Shown here: positions 25,001 through 37,942 of the stretch, in pieces
Numbering within the stretch: position 1 is the stretch's first letter
Layout: every line of letters begins with the position of its first letter
NCBI GenBank assembly: GCA_030704615.1
Contig: CM060733.1
Coordinates: 24,490,001 to 24,554,000 of the forward strand
DNA: 64,000 nt
Direction of reading: 5' to 3'
DNA from: Takakia lepidozioides
Lineage: Eukaryota; Plantae; Bryophyta
Position numbers and translations under genes: made by a program
The notes under the pieces: generated by a model
Seen by the model: the letters and a program-made list of their open reading frames with translations, nothing else
Databases searched by the model: none
Told to the model about the DNA's origin: nothing

Positions 25001-28000
25001 AGCCATGCTTGCGCAAAGCTACACTGTATTCCCCATTTATTTACACCTAGAATGTCCCTCAATCAGAATACATCAGATTCTTGGATGGGTAGGTAGATTC
25101 AGTCATTGCTTTGGTGCAGCAGACCCGTAGTGCCAGCAATTCATCTAATGAGTTATTTGCTCCATGCAATTTTACCAGGTGAACTCCAACACATGCCCAA
25201 TAGCCATTGACCAGTTAAGGTTCACATTGTAGAGAGGTACCTGGAGGAAATGAGCTTCAACACTTCACAAGCACTTACACGAAACTCCCCTGCACTCAAG
25301 AGAAACCCGCATCTGCAGGTGACCGAAAACGCCCATCATCGGCAGACCTCTACTAGAAACTACAGCTGAAATATATAATTCAGGTCTAAGGGCAATATCC
25401 TTCATTATAGACATCCACGCTATTCACTTCAGAAAGGAATTAGGAAATCGATGTCATCTCTATCACATACCACATACATATATAAATAGTTTTCAATGAC
25501 ATGTAAGGTTGTTTTGCTAACAGTCAAAGAGAAATACTGGTGAGTGACTGTTTTCAACCAACTTCCAAAAGAAAAATGCCTTATCTTCCGTTATGCAATG
25601 AAAGGGAAGTAATCAGAATGCCCTCAATCTGCACCAAACTTACGCTTCAATAAGGTGATAGCTGGACATGGAAGTGACGGGGGCCCATTCAGCATATGCT
25701 ATCACAGCATTCAAAGTAGCTGTGACTGCTGCAGCATGTTCAGTAGCACTTCTCAGCTGATTTTGCTGCACCATTGCAATTGCTGCTCTGAAGTGCTCAT
25801 CTAGCAGCTGCCAGCAAACCACCCTCTCAATATAAGACCAAAGCTATGGAATCACATACTCTTACTTGCTTCTGACAGCCGGAAGATTTGGCACCTCATC
25901 CATAATCAAATATGATGTTATACTCTTCTGGTCTGGTGAACTTCTGCAGGATCCTAATATCATTCAGGCCTTCCTAAAGACTTGAGTTCAAGGTATGAGG
26001 TGGTTGTCAAGCTTGTAGCCAGTATCTTACAAAGTATCTTACAACAGTTACGTTCTTCACATTCTTAGCAAATTCGGTTAGTTTATCAACATTTGATATG
26101 TTGAATTCTTTCTCAAAACTTTGTCAGTTGTGCAATCACCTTGTACAGAAATGGTAATGTCTCTGGTAAAGTCTGGGTTAGCCCATGAAGTAATTGCCTC
26201 CGTCGCTCCCCTGCATGAGGCAGCCCACAGCATATAAAATCACCATCCAAAAATTGACAAAAGTGACAAGAACAACTCCTGATTTTGGAGAAAAAGAGGG
26301 CTTCCAGTACATTCTTACACCCCGCGCAAGGAGTCCGCACAACTTATGGCATCAAGGGGAGGCTTCCATTTTGCAGAGTGTAACATACAAGGTGTGGAAA
26401 CAGACAACTCCTTATTGCAAATGCCATGATTCTACTTGGTCACCAACTATGTGGGATGCAAACCTTCAAGGTCTTCATTATGCACGGTAACATCTTCAGG
26501 GAGCCAACGTAAGACCATCGCAACCAACTCTGCCTGCCCAAACAGAAGTCAAATACAATAGCCATTCACTACATAGGCAAATAGAGCTTAATTACAATTT
26601 TACTCTACAGTCCTATATGTGCAGAAGAGGAGCAAACCAAAGCAAGGTCTTGAAATGGTGATGCCTATAGAGTGATGCAGGCTGATAAACGAACATCTAT
26701 GTGTGAGCATGCCCTGATGTGAGAATTACATGAATTGGGCTCGTGCTGCTAAGGGAGAATAGAGCTGGCAGCATGTCCTTCCAGAACGGTGGTCCTTCCC
26801 TTCGGGCAACCTAATTAACACACAGATCCAAATACAACAGCACTGCACGTAAAATGAAAGCTACTCACCAGGGATGCAACTCTGGATTTTCTGCTAGTCT
26901 TTCAGTTTCCTGGGTTCCATGCTCACTAACTACCAGTTTTCCGCTATTGGCCTAGACGCCACTGGACACTACTTCAGAAAAGGAACTTGCTCAAATTCAA
27001 TCCCTGTCTGTAAGGAACCAGAAAGGGACCAAAATACTCTTGACTAGTCAACAGAAACTGTTGCATCTTTCCCCTTGCCATAAACTGTCGGTGGTGGTTC
27101 AGATGTTAACATGTCTAGGTCCACAGAGAATCCATCCCCTGGTTCAGATCCTAAAGAGTAGCATATGTGATCCATTCCCAAGACAGAGGGGATGAAATGG
27201 CACACCTCAGCCATGAGAGCTGCAGCCTGGCTCTTGAGAACCCACTGCTCACCAGGCTTAGCACTTTCCTGGAGCATATCAGCAGACATAACTGCAATGT
27301 GTCGTTGCTCCTCCGTACTTATCTCTTCCCAGCGCATCCGTATCAGATGCTGACAACCTCGCACATGCATGTGCTCATTAGCAACATGTTGGACCAATTA
27401 TAGTATTCAATACAGAGCAGAGTAAAGAGCATACCAAACTGGAAATACTCTCATTTTATGAACAGCAGCATTTTTGTCTGACCCAACCCAGGCATCAAAC
27501 TAACTGTAGAATCGAAGTCCTCCTCACTCTTCCGAAGTATTGACATTCTACTAGGTAGGCAGAGATCAATTGAAGGCATTGGACACATGGGATTTCTGAA
27601 CTGGCCAGCAAATTTCATCTCACGGCGAAGATCACTGAGCCATATATGTTCAATGTACAGACAAGCACAAAACACATGCAGAGAGATCAGAGTACTTTAC
27701 TTGCAACATCTTTAAGCCAAAGTGACGGACTTCAGAAGGTCGTTCATTCCTGCCTAGCGCAAAAGCAACAGTTGCAAGCAAACGAACATCACCCGCTTTC
27801 AGCTGCACCAGCATCATCACATAAACAAGAACAAATAAATCTTCCATGGGATTTGCCATGACATCTGATTGTTTTGCCTGGTCCCCAATACTATGCAAAT
27901 GTCTGGCCAAGGGCAATGGATTGTAATTTCACCCTGCAGCACTAAGCTTACAGACCTCCTGGTTTTAGTCAGATTCAAAAACACTATATTCAATGTCAAG

Positions 28001-29058
28001 GGTATGAACATTAAGGGGCATTATGAAATAGCAGGAAACAGCTTCAAAAGAAATTCGCAGACAAGATGCTATTAGCTCCAAGAGAATTTCAAGAATGAAC
28101 AACTTAGTTAACTCCTGCTTATGCGGCATGTGAAGACCTCCACCACTGCCCTTCTGATGTACAATCCATAAATAACCAACAACCAACCTCTGTCCATCTT
28201 TCACTAAATTGACACTGACTGTGCTGACAATGCATACAGGGGAGAACTGCCCATGGAGGTAAACACATTTTCCCAAGTCTACATCAAGATAGAGCGCAGA
28301 TTGTGTAATTTATGCAAACCAATCTGGCATTGGCACCATTAGACCAAATGGACCGTCTGACACTTAGAACTAGAGTGATGTCAATGTGCCAAGACAAATT
28401 GAAAGGACTTGAATCAGAATAAGGGGTTCATTTCAGCTCCCTCATCACCACATCAACCTAATTTCAGGGGTTCTAAATGGACGTCGGACAAGCTTCTCTC
28501 CACAGACAGTTCAGTTCTGCCCAGGTCCAAGTATTCTTCAAGTGGTGATGATCATCAGCATTTATCAGCTTGGATTATTACGTCCACCCAAACGCTACCT
28601 CTCAAGATTTGAAAGCAGACTCCCCAATGTCATCGAGGACGTGAATCCCGATAATTTAATGAGGAATTATATTCCTCGCGCTTCACGTTAACCCAATTCC
28701 CACAGAAACCCATAGAATTGTGTCTTCCCAGGGCACCCTGCTATCGGTCCCACCGTCCTCAGATCCAAGCCAGGGCACGAGAAGTAATCATTTCAACCCC
28801 ATTCATATCTCCATACGAAAAACAGAATGATACTTTCAGGCGAACAACGATCAGGAAAGGAAACACAGAATAGAATGCTCCATACAAGTCTCATAACTAC
28901 TGTCTGATAGGAAAGTGCAAACGAAATAAGGAAAAGCGGCTCACAGATTCCAGGTAGGCGGTGGCTGCCTGCCGAGCTTCTGGGGAGGATTGCCAATCCA
29001 GGGCAGCCACCACAGCCTGCCCTGCGGCCTCCACTTGCATCAATGCTGGGTCTGTCAT
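16085..29058 (-). CDS. HST: HASTY / exportin-5 (importin-beta family, miRNA pathway), about 22 exons
   Basis: Exon 1 (29058-28945) reads MTDPALMQVEAAGQAVVAALDWQSSPEARQAATAYLES. Later exons read LKAGDVRLLA...VRHFGLKMLQHLIRMRWEE, WVLKSQAAALMAEV, LRWLPEDVTVHNEDL, EHAAAVTATLNAVIAYAEWAP, EIRSWLKGVRDAGYNIVG and KEQRQHMKSFLL. The final exon (16182 or 16155 to 16085) ends GSIGLAAIL-TGA, matching plant HASTY C-termini. Junctions checked are GT-AG. Confidence 0.95.
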
Positions 29059-29100
29059 CTGCCCCTCCCACCTGATCTGCACACTGCTACATGGATTCAC

Positions 29101-29103
<3 letters not shown>

Positions 29104-29133
<30 letters not shown>
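29104..29133. repeat. (CT)n / sense (GA)n microsatellite in the HASTY 5' leader
   Basis: Seen directly, about 45 nt upstream of the ATG. Confidence 0.95.
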
Positions 29134-29135
<2 letters not shown>

Positions 29136-30801
29136 CCCTTAATCGTGTCCTGCAGCAAACTCTGCCTTCCTTCACCCTCTATATATCTCAGAGCATTGAT
29201 CTTTTTTCTCACATCTCAGCAAGCTAGGGCATATAATCCTCAATTCACTATCCCCGACAACTCAGAAAATCTGGCTAGCAAAACGTCAGGCATGCATATC
29301 CAACTCGCATCCAGGCAGTGTGGGCCCCGCAAGATTCATGGCTGCAGCACAAACGGCAGCACGGAGCCCCAAATTCCTTGTGTAATGAGCCCGGACGGTT
29401 TGAATGATCTTCTCAGCTTTTACACTTGTGTAAAGTCACTCTCTATTCCGTAACTGTCAGTTCAATCCGAGTTTGATACAGAAATATCGTTGATGATGGA
29501 ATATTTCATTGTAATGTTTCCCCGAGGTAGTATCCCTTGGTCTCTATTTATATAAGTCCAAGGCTGCACTTCCTCTCATGTGTAGAAGGAATAGAGGTCT
29601 GCTCCTACTAAGGGGGCTCATCGAGCACGGCAGGCAGCTTCTTTGCATGGGCTAACAAAATGTTTCTTGCTCAAGTAGTTGCAGAGAAAACTATAGACCA
29701 GGAGCTGTTCTTCTTGATTACATTTCAAAAGATTTGAAGTAATGACCTTGCAGTCTCCTGCAATTGATGATCTGTGAGAGCCTGTGTGGGTCCAAAGGCT
29801 TCCACAGCGACCATGTCACCAAAGATTCCACTATTCCTTCTTTGCTCTCACTCTCCTTCCAAGAAACCTCACAAGAAACAACGCAAACAAACCTCAATAG
29901 CCCATTTTTCTGCACATCAATGCTTCATTCTTCACTCAGTTCATGCAACCAATTTTCCTATCCAGCACTGCTTCACTGAGCAGCTGTACTTCTTTTCAAC
30001 AATAGAGGACCCTCCTCAAATCTCTCTGTCAATATCAGAGTTTAGACTGAGGATATGCAAGGCTTCATACACTCTGAGATTGCAGTACTTTCGAATGGGC
30101 AGTCCACACAGGTGAAGTTATCCAGCAGTGAATACAGCTGTACCCCTGATGATGACATCTTGAATACAAGCTGATTTCATACAGCAATGTCCCATTCGGA
30201 AGCCCCAATCACCCACTGTGGGGACCAGGAGGATCTCGGAGCTGGATTCCTAGTACTACGCCTGCCTTGCTCCTCCATCTTTTCTCTAAGTTGAGATTGG
30301 AGCTGCTGGTGGTTTATCATGTAAGGCTTCACCGAGCAAATCCCCGCATTTTGCTTGCATCACTGTATTGCAAAAGCACACATTGTAGACAGCAGAAAGT
30401 TCACAGCATACATCTCGCCATCTCCCATAACAAACTTGGAAATATTAGTACATGTCTGCATCATCGATGTCCAAAATTACATTATAGATAGTACTCCCAA
30501 TGGAAGTCAGGATCTCTAATTACAGGATTTGTTCCCAAGAGGAAGACTTGTCCAAGATTACACACCAGTGGACACCTGATATACTTCTAAGAAGATCTAT
30601 CAAGGCTACTTGTACGACTGTATCAGAACTCTTTTGGGTCCATGTCATCATCAATCAAGGGGTTGCTGCATTGCATAAAAGAGGGGCCTCAAAAGTAGAT
30701 GTTAAGATCAGAACATCTGGGCTACAGCCTCCTTAGAAGATCCCCCAGCACTCTCCTTTGCAGCTTCTTGTCGACAGATCCTTTGATACAATCAGACATA
30801 G

Positions 30802-33436
30802 CTACAGGGCTGACCTCTTAAAAAGCACAATGGCCGATACCAGCACAGCCAGCATCATACATGACTTGAGTGTCCGGTACATAGCCTCGCCACTCTCTTC
30901 AGCAAAGGGTTTATTGTCAGTTCCGTCAAAAAGACGAGTAATGAGATCCCAAAAGTTCTCCATGAACCGACTGAAAGCCCTCCTTGTGTTACAGAAAAAC
31001 TCTGAGAAGCCATCTTTCCAAGAACTTCCATCCCCTCCATCAGGAATGCCACCATCTTCAGATGAAACTGCAGTCCAGAAACAAGTAATATCTTACTTAA
31101 CACTACAAGAAGAACATGGGATCATCTTTGGGTCCCCGCACCTTTTTAAAAGAAAATTGTTTGAAAGAAATTAAAATTAATACATGGCTGATGGAGACAA
31201 GCGTTTTACCGGAGATAGATTGTCAAACGAATTACAGCTAGTCCCACTTGATTTTATAGAAAACTCATGCACTAGATCCAATAGATTAATCTAGTAAGAC
31301 AAGACTTGGTAAAAGATTGAGAAAGGAGAACTGGCACAGACTAAGATTTAGTGCTGTCCAGGCCCATCCCCAGATCACCCAGATAATTTGAGATAACTAC
31401 TCTCCAGATGGTTCCCGGCATTGCCATACTGTAACTACTGAGAGAGCTCCCACTGATGGAATCCTTCGCACATAAAATGCTCTGAGAGTCGATAGAGCCT
31501 GAAAGATTTCTTGGGAGTGTATTGATATTCTATACTTGATCTCTTCCTACTGCCAAGAACACACTCAGGAGGAGCCGGCAAACAAAGAATTTTTTGTGCA
31601 CTTTCTTCGGAGGGGGAAAGGTAAACAGTTAATGACCTAGACACCTCAAGGACCCCCAGACATGCTAGACATAGACATGCCCTCACTCCTAAAAGAAAAA
31701 GGAAAGAGATATTTTTGCCTGCCTGACAACCAACCTCTTACCTACTTCTTTGGATAGAAGATGGTATGACAGGTCAATTCGCTTTCAGCACCAAGTCTTG
31801 CAACCTCAGTTTAGGTGAGAACAGAAGGACAAGCAAGTTAGTAAGCTACGTACCATCAGCTTCTAGAAGAGTCCGCCTGAACTCTTGGATCTTTTCATTT
31901 TTCAAGACTGCATCCCACACTGCCTTATCGGTGGCCAGTGACATCACGATCCCCTGTCAAACGCCCAGGTCCAACGAGTTTAATACCTCGGCTACCAGCA
32001 AGGACACTTATACTACCTGCCACTCTAAAGTGGAGTTGTGTCCATGCGTATCAGAGCCAAACTCAACGCAACTTCCAGATAGCACCACTGTCTTGACCAT
32101 TCAACCAGACCACTCCTTCGTCAGAGCTTCTATGCCGATATTTGAGAATGGAGCCATGCAAGATTGCACTCTTGAACAAGAACAAAATCATCAACTGTGC
32201 TTGCAACTAATGTCAAAATCAACCTGGGAGCTTCAACCTATCCCACCAATGTCAAACTAGTAGCCGAATTTGGAATTGGAGAAGGCCCATAAGCATGAGT
32301 AGGTTTCTAGTCCCATGTCAAAATTCCTACAACGCAAATGTAGAAACAAAGCTTGCAGGTTATGTATCAGGCTGCAAACCGGAATAATTTTCAAGCCCAT
32401 TTCCTCCACCATAGTCTGTTGTTGCCCTTCTTTGTCATCAGCATTCCCATGCTCCTTCACATAAATAAACGTATATCTTCCAAGAGAAACAGATCAAAGT
32501 GGAGTGCTATGCCCCAACTGTGACTTTCTGGGGAGGTCTAGCACATTGACTAATTCAAGTTGGCCTCCAGTCAGGAACTGAACATTACCTGAACCTGAGG
32601 GTTGTTCTGAAGTTGGTGAAAGGCCTCCACAACTCCACTTCTCGCACCAATTCGCAATCCCCCGTGGCTAGATACTCCTCGAACGGTCAGATGTTGTATG
32701 CAATCAGACTCTGTCACCTCCTTAGCTCTTGGGTGCCCTTCCTCATTCTCAACTTTTATAATGGAGCCCTGAGATGTCTCTGTTACTTCTGTGATGGTTG
32801 CAGAGGCGGGCAAGTCCAGTTGGGCCATGGGAGAGGCTCCCATGATGCCTCTGTCAGATCCACCCACAGATTATTTCATTCATTTAGGCAAAAACAAGTG
32901 GCAGCCGAAAGACCACGATGCACGATGAAGGGTAAGGTGTTCAATCTGTTTAGGTTGGGGCAGGGTGTCTCAGTTCATACAATTCCAATTGGTTACAAGA
33001 TGTGGGTAATGACTTACGGCAAAATCAGGGTGATCCATGCCCAAGCGCTCACAAAGATGCAATAACACATACCCAGAACCTCAGAAAACCAAGATCACTC
33101 GAGAAAAAAGGGAACGTACAGACGAAGTGCATTTTGCAGGTCGGAAGTAGCCTCTTCAACTTCAGCGCGGCTGGGAAGAGAGCCAAACACTAAGCGGTCC
33201 CTCTCTTCCACCCCAGCAAACTCCCAATCCTCTGGCTCCCAATACTGACTTTGCCCCGAACTGATCTGGCTAGCAGGATGAAGAGTCGCTGTTGCCTGGC
33301 AGGCCCCCGACGAGACGCGGGCTGAGGATGCAGATGCCCGGGGCGCAGGTGCAGTTGTGCATCTGCTCGATGCGGTAGAAGACGGGGGAGAAGCCACCAT
33401 CCGCGTCACCGTCCTCCACATTGCTCCCCCTCCCAT
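30802..33436 (-). CDS. Uncharacterised conserved plant protein of the UCP012943 type, with a C-terminal membrane anchor; 4 exons
   Basis: Exons 33436-33120, 32850-32589, 31953-31853 and about 31070-30802. They give MGGGAM..., DWEFAG, LVFGSLPSRAEVEEATSDLQ, AFHQLQNNPQVQGIVMSLATDKAVWDAVLKNEKIQEF and TLKSCMMLAVLVSAIVLFKR-stop. Confidence 0.82.
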
Positions 33437-33473
33437 CTTAGGTCGTGCTCCTCTCTCTGTCTCTTTTCTATAT

Positions 33474-33652
33474 CTAAGGACTCTCTCTCTCTCTCACACA
33501 CACACTTATGTCTACCCCACTAGCGTCCCTCCTCAATTTCCTTTTGTGGGTCTTCTATACCTAAGAACTCTCTCTCTCTCTCTCTCTCTCACACTTATGT
33601 CTAACTTCTCCCACTACTCAATTTCCTTTTGTGGGTCTTCTATACCTAAGGA

Positions 33653-33685
<33 letters not shown>

Positions 33686-33832
33686 TTATGTCTACCCCAC
33701 TAGCGTCCCTCCTCAATTTCCTTTTGTGGGTCTTCTATACCTAAGAACTCTCTCTCTCTCTCTCTCTCACACACTTATGTCTAACTTCTCCCACTACTCA
33801 ATTTCCTTTTGTGGGTCTTCTATACCTAAGGA

Positions 33833-33865
<33 letters not shown>

Positions 33866-33905
33866 TTATGTCTATTCCAGTACTCAATTTCCTTGTGTGG
33901 GTCTT
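33474..33905. repeat. Higher-order tandem repeat: 180-bp period made of two alternating ~90-bp monomers with (CT)n(CA)n tracts
   Basis: Lines 33481/33661 and 33541/33721 are nearly identical at an offset of 180. Confidence 0.92.
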
Positions 33906-34695
33906 CTTCCTTTCCTTCCCTTCCCTTCTCCTTTCTTTCTACGAGAGGGAAGTAACAGTCCCTCCCACTTTTTCAAGAACAAACTGTCTCTCTGTCACAA
34001 ATCGACATTGAAGATTCTTATATCAGGAAACAGCCCCATTGTTAAGACTTCTGACAGATGAGTCATCATAACTGGATGAGTCATAACTGGATGAAGGTAA
34101 CAGCAATCAGCACCTCTGTGAGGTTGAACCCACCACCACTAACAAGGAGTGTTTTGTGGCGGGTGTCTCTCTCAGAGAGATTTGCCATGTATGAAATTGT
34201 GGTCGGTGGTATGCAATGCTTTGCAGGCTATGGAGCTGACAATCACACACAAACAGATGGAAAAGTTCCGACCTTTTTGGACATAGAAAAGAGTTTCCTC
34301 ACTCACAGGTGACAAGACTCTGCTGGTTTTATTATCATTCCGCACACTCATATGGTGCAGATGTGTAGCACATAATGAGGCTGACTGCAACCTTTTCTCA
34401 AGGGTCGCGCCTCTAGATACACAGATATAATTGAATAAATGCTCAGAAGCCCACAATGTGAATGAGTCCCATTCAACGCTCCGGACTGCAACCAGAGCAG
34501 AGCCTGAGCCAGCATGAAGATCCCTTGGTTGGGTTTCATGGATATGACGCAGGCTGTGAGCGGGAGAGCTGTAGGGTTTTATTGGAATGGAGATGCAGCT
34601 GCGGTTGTCGAACAAAGCAATGTTATCATCGATCGGCAGTGAGCTGCTGCTTGCTTTCAATGAATGCATGACTGTAAAGGGCAGTAATCTTGGAA

Positions 34696-37022
34696 TTATA
34701 ATTCCACATAGGACGCAGGGTCAACAGGGCTGCCCTTGTGGTTCCTGATTTCCCAGTGTAAATGAGGACCAGTGGCCCTTCCTGTCTCTCCAACTGATGC
34801 GATGCAGTCTCCTCGCCTCACAAACTGTCCTTCCCATGTGAAGATTTCACTGGTGTGAGCGTACAGAGTCTTCCAACCATCTTTATGTGTGATCTGAAAC
34901 AACAACAAGTTTAACCACTCTCAGAGATCACAAAGTAGGGGAGACAAAACTTTCTGTCTTAGCTTAGTTCCCAATCTGGCTATAAGCACCCAAATAGGAG
35001 AAATCAGCCTGTTGTAACTTGTCATACAAGCAGTGTTCTGTAAGACAAATGCAAAGAGGAGGAATCTCTACCTCTACAAGGTATCCGTAGCCACTGGGCT
35101 CCCATCCAGCAAATGTAACCTCCCCTGAGTCAGCGGCTAGAACTGGTTCCCCAGTGGGTGCTGCCAAATCCACACCGTTGTGATGCCGTCCCCATCGCGG
35201 CCCAAAGTTTGAGCTGATCGCCCATGTTTTGTCCACCGGTCGTATAAAGCCTGACCATCCCACCTTCGCCCCTTCAGCGATCTCTTCAGCAAGAGCTAGA
35301 GCCGTTTCTGAAGGCTCCTTCACCCATGTAGGTCGAGCTTTTGTTGGCGTTGGCGACATGAACGCTGGAAATAACATCCCCGATGTTAGAATGATGATAT
35401 GTACACATCTTCTATTTGGCTTTTAGGGCTGTGGCATGAACATGGCTCAAAAGATTGACTAGATTTCTGTCTACAACACAGGATCACAGAAATGAGTAAT
35501 CCCTAGTCCGTGTTTTGCATTTGATAAAGCATGGCAGTCAAGACACAGATGGTTAAACGACACAGAAAACCACGTGAGCTTCTCCGTCTCAGCTCCACCC
35601 TGAACTTTAGGATAGCTTGTTTTGAGCTGCTAGATACCTTGCTTACGAGAGACAACCTCAGGTTGATGCATACAGAATGAAGGCGAGGCGGCAGGCAGCG
35701 CTGGTAGGGCAGACGTAGATGTCGATGCTAGTAACAGGCTTTTCTTGCTAGAAGCTTTGGTCATTCCTCCATTGACCTCTCCCCTCATCTCTGTACTTAA
35801 CTGCGTAGCCTTCTGCCACACGGACCTTGAAATGGCAGAAAGACGCTCCAGTGGGTTGACCAGCTGGGAGGATTGCAATGATGAATGATCTGACTGTGGA
35901 GACATTTTGAAAGAGGAGAGACTGCTATGATGGGGGGCAGCTGCTGTGGCAAGGGCATCAGCCAAATTGGCTAGGGCCCTGGCTGCTTGACTACACCCAG
36001 CATTCACCATCTCTGTTATTGCTCTGTGGGCCTCCTCCCCCCTCCCGGAGCTTGGTATGACTCCTTGGACTCTGCAAGTTGGCTTACACTCCCGCCCCTG
36101 TAAACACGAAAGGACACAGCTGGGGAGTTAAATAGTGAGCAGTTTAGGGAAGTTTTAGTGACTTTGAAGGGACAAGTGGAGACTTTCAGCTCCAAAAGCT
36201 GTGCTGTAGAAATAAATTAATTCGGTGGCTTCAGCTTGCGAGAGGGAAACATCTACAACTAATGAGTTGTGCATACCTCACACTGTGTATGATTAAATCC
36301 CTCTAAGCTGGATACAAAACCAACCCAAGCACCTAGCATCGAGCAAGCGTGTCTTGTTCCATCTACTTGTGGGCTGATTCACACAGCCAGGGTTGATAAT
36401 TTAACTTCCGCTCCTTGTTGGCATGGAATGTCTGCTGCCTTGATACTACTAAATTTTCCATTCTACAAAGTAGTGCGTTTCTGGGAACTGCAGGTTTTCC
36501 TTATGAAAGCCCTTCCCCTCGCCACTCACAAAGCTGGAGGGAGACGTAAGTTTTGCAATCTTATAGACGATGTGGTGCTGCGCTCATAATGTCAATACCC
36601 TCAAACATACTACATGGCTGTGATGAGCTTCAACATAGAAGCTCACTTGAAAACTATATCCGAGTTCAGTCCAGATATTAGGAGGCCCTTTCCAACGGTC
36701 CCCAACTGCCTTGCAGCGAAGTTGATTATTCTCTTCAAATTCATCCTCGTTGAGAGACCTTAGGCATGGCCTCTTGTGGGCTCTCTGAACTCGAATGCCT
36801 AAGGCTTTCAGATTGGATAAGAACTCCTGGAATCTTCAACCCAACCAAAATTCCTGGAATTTTCCTCATTTTCTTTGTGCAATCAAAGTTTCGCGATCCT
36901 AAGAAAAAAGTTCTGGGTTCCAATACTGGGACTGAGACCAGTAATCCTTTCCTTAGACGGCAATATCTTGCTCCATTCGTGACTGACCATTCTGACTTGG
37001 TGTAGGGACCCAGCATTTTCAT
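34696..37022 (-). CDS. mepM: Peptidase M23 (MepM/NlpD-like murein DD-endopeptidase), probably plastid peptidoglycan remodelling; 5' end uncertain
   Basis: Exons 36097-35638, 35364-35072 and 34893-34696 splice in frame to ISSNFGPRWGRHHNGVDLAAPTGEPVLAADSGEVTFAGW-SGYGYLVEITHKDGWKTLYAH...ATGPHLHWEI...PVDP. The HxxxD and HxH zinc ligands are intact. The candidate first exon (37022-36759) is tentative. Confidence 0.88.
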
Positions 37023-37942
37023 GGATACAGCATTTGCGTGGATGCCTTAATCAATAAACCCTCTTGTTTCCGGAGATTGAATCCGGATTCCAAGATGGGT
37101 GCTTGAGAGCGCCTTTACCTAAATCTAACCTACCAAAACAGGTTCTGACCACAAGAACTCCACACTGGCACTGTAAAACACTGCCAAATTCCAGTATTCA
37201 CCAGAACCTACTCTCTTTCCCTCCCTCTCGGCAGGCATGATATTTCTTGAATCAGAATTTCTGAAACACAGTCGAGCGGCAACACAATGCAACAGTCCTT
37301 CCACCAAGATTCCCAATCCAGCAACACCCAAGTTCATTAAGTGCACTAGAAAAGATTATGAAATCCATTCACCATGTTGTTGTCGTGACCACAATACCGC
37401 TGAAGTTGCATCACTCCCCAGCTCCACTCTCCAGCCCCGATTCGATGGTGCGCAATCCGGCCGGCAGCCAAACAGATCGAAAACGGAGCAAAAGGAATTG
37501 TGGAGATTCAAGACTAAATCGAGGGGAAAACTGTAGAACGAAAAGAAACCTCCTAATATCTCTCTGCACTTGCAGCATACTATAACCATGGAGTGCAAAT
37601 GAAAGCTCTGTGCCGTGGAAGCTTACTTAGAGGAGGGGGTTTGTTTGAAACACGCAAGAGCGAGAAGACGAAGAGCGCACCCAAATAAAGACCACTAACA
37701 CTCCACAACCCACCTCTACCATTGGCTTATCAGGATTGTCTATACTTGCGCCGTGTCATCTGCTGCCACCTGGCCTGACATGTTTAAAATTGTCCCGTGA
37801 ACGTGACTGAGCCGTTGCGCGCGGCAACGGTCTCATCTTGGCATCCACGGCCCACATTATTCCATCTGCGACCCACGCGGTTCCTAACCCCGGTTACTAG
37901 TGACCCACGGCCAGTTAGGCCTAAAAGGTCAAGTATTGTTAG

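Noticed and set aside
29700-30750. Additional gene between HASTY and the UCP012943 gene
   Set aside because: Only short unrelated ORFs; more likely 3' UTR or intergenic sequence.
33357-34061. 234-aa plus-strand ORF
   Set aside because: Artefact of the frame-preserving 180-bp microsatellite repeat.
34696-35377. Bacterial contamination as the source of the M23 gene
   Set aside because: The domain is split by canonical GT-AG introns and flanked by plant genes.
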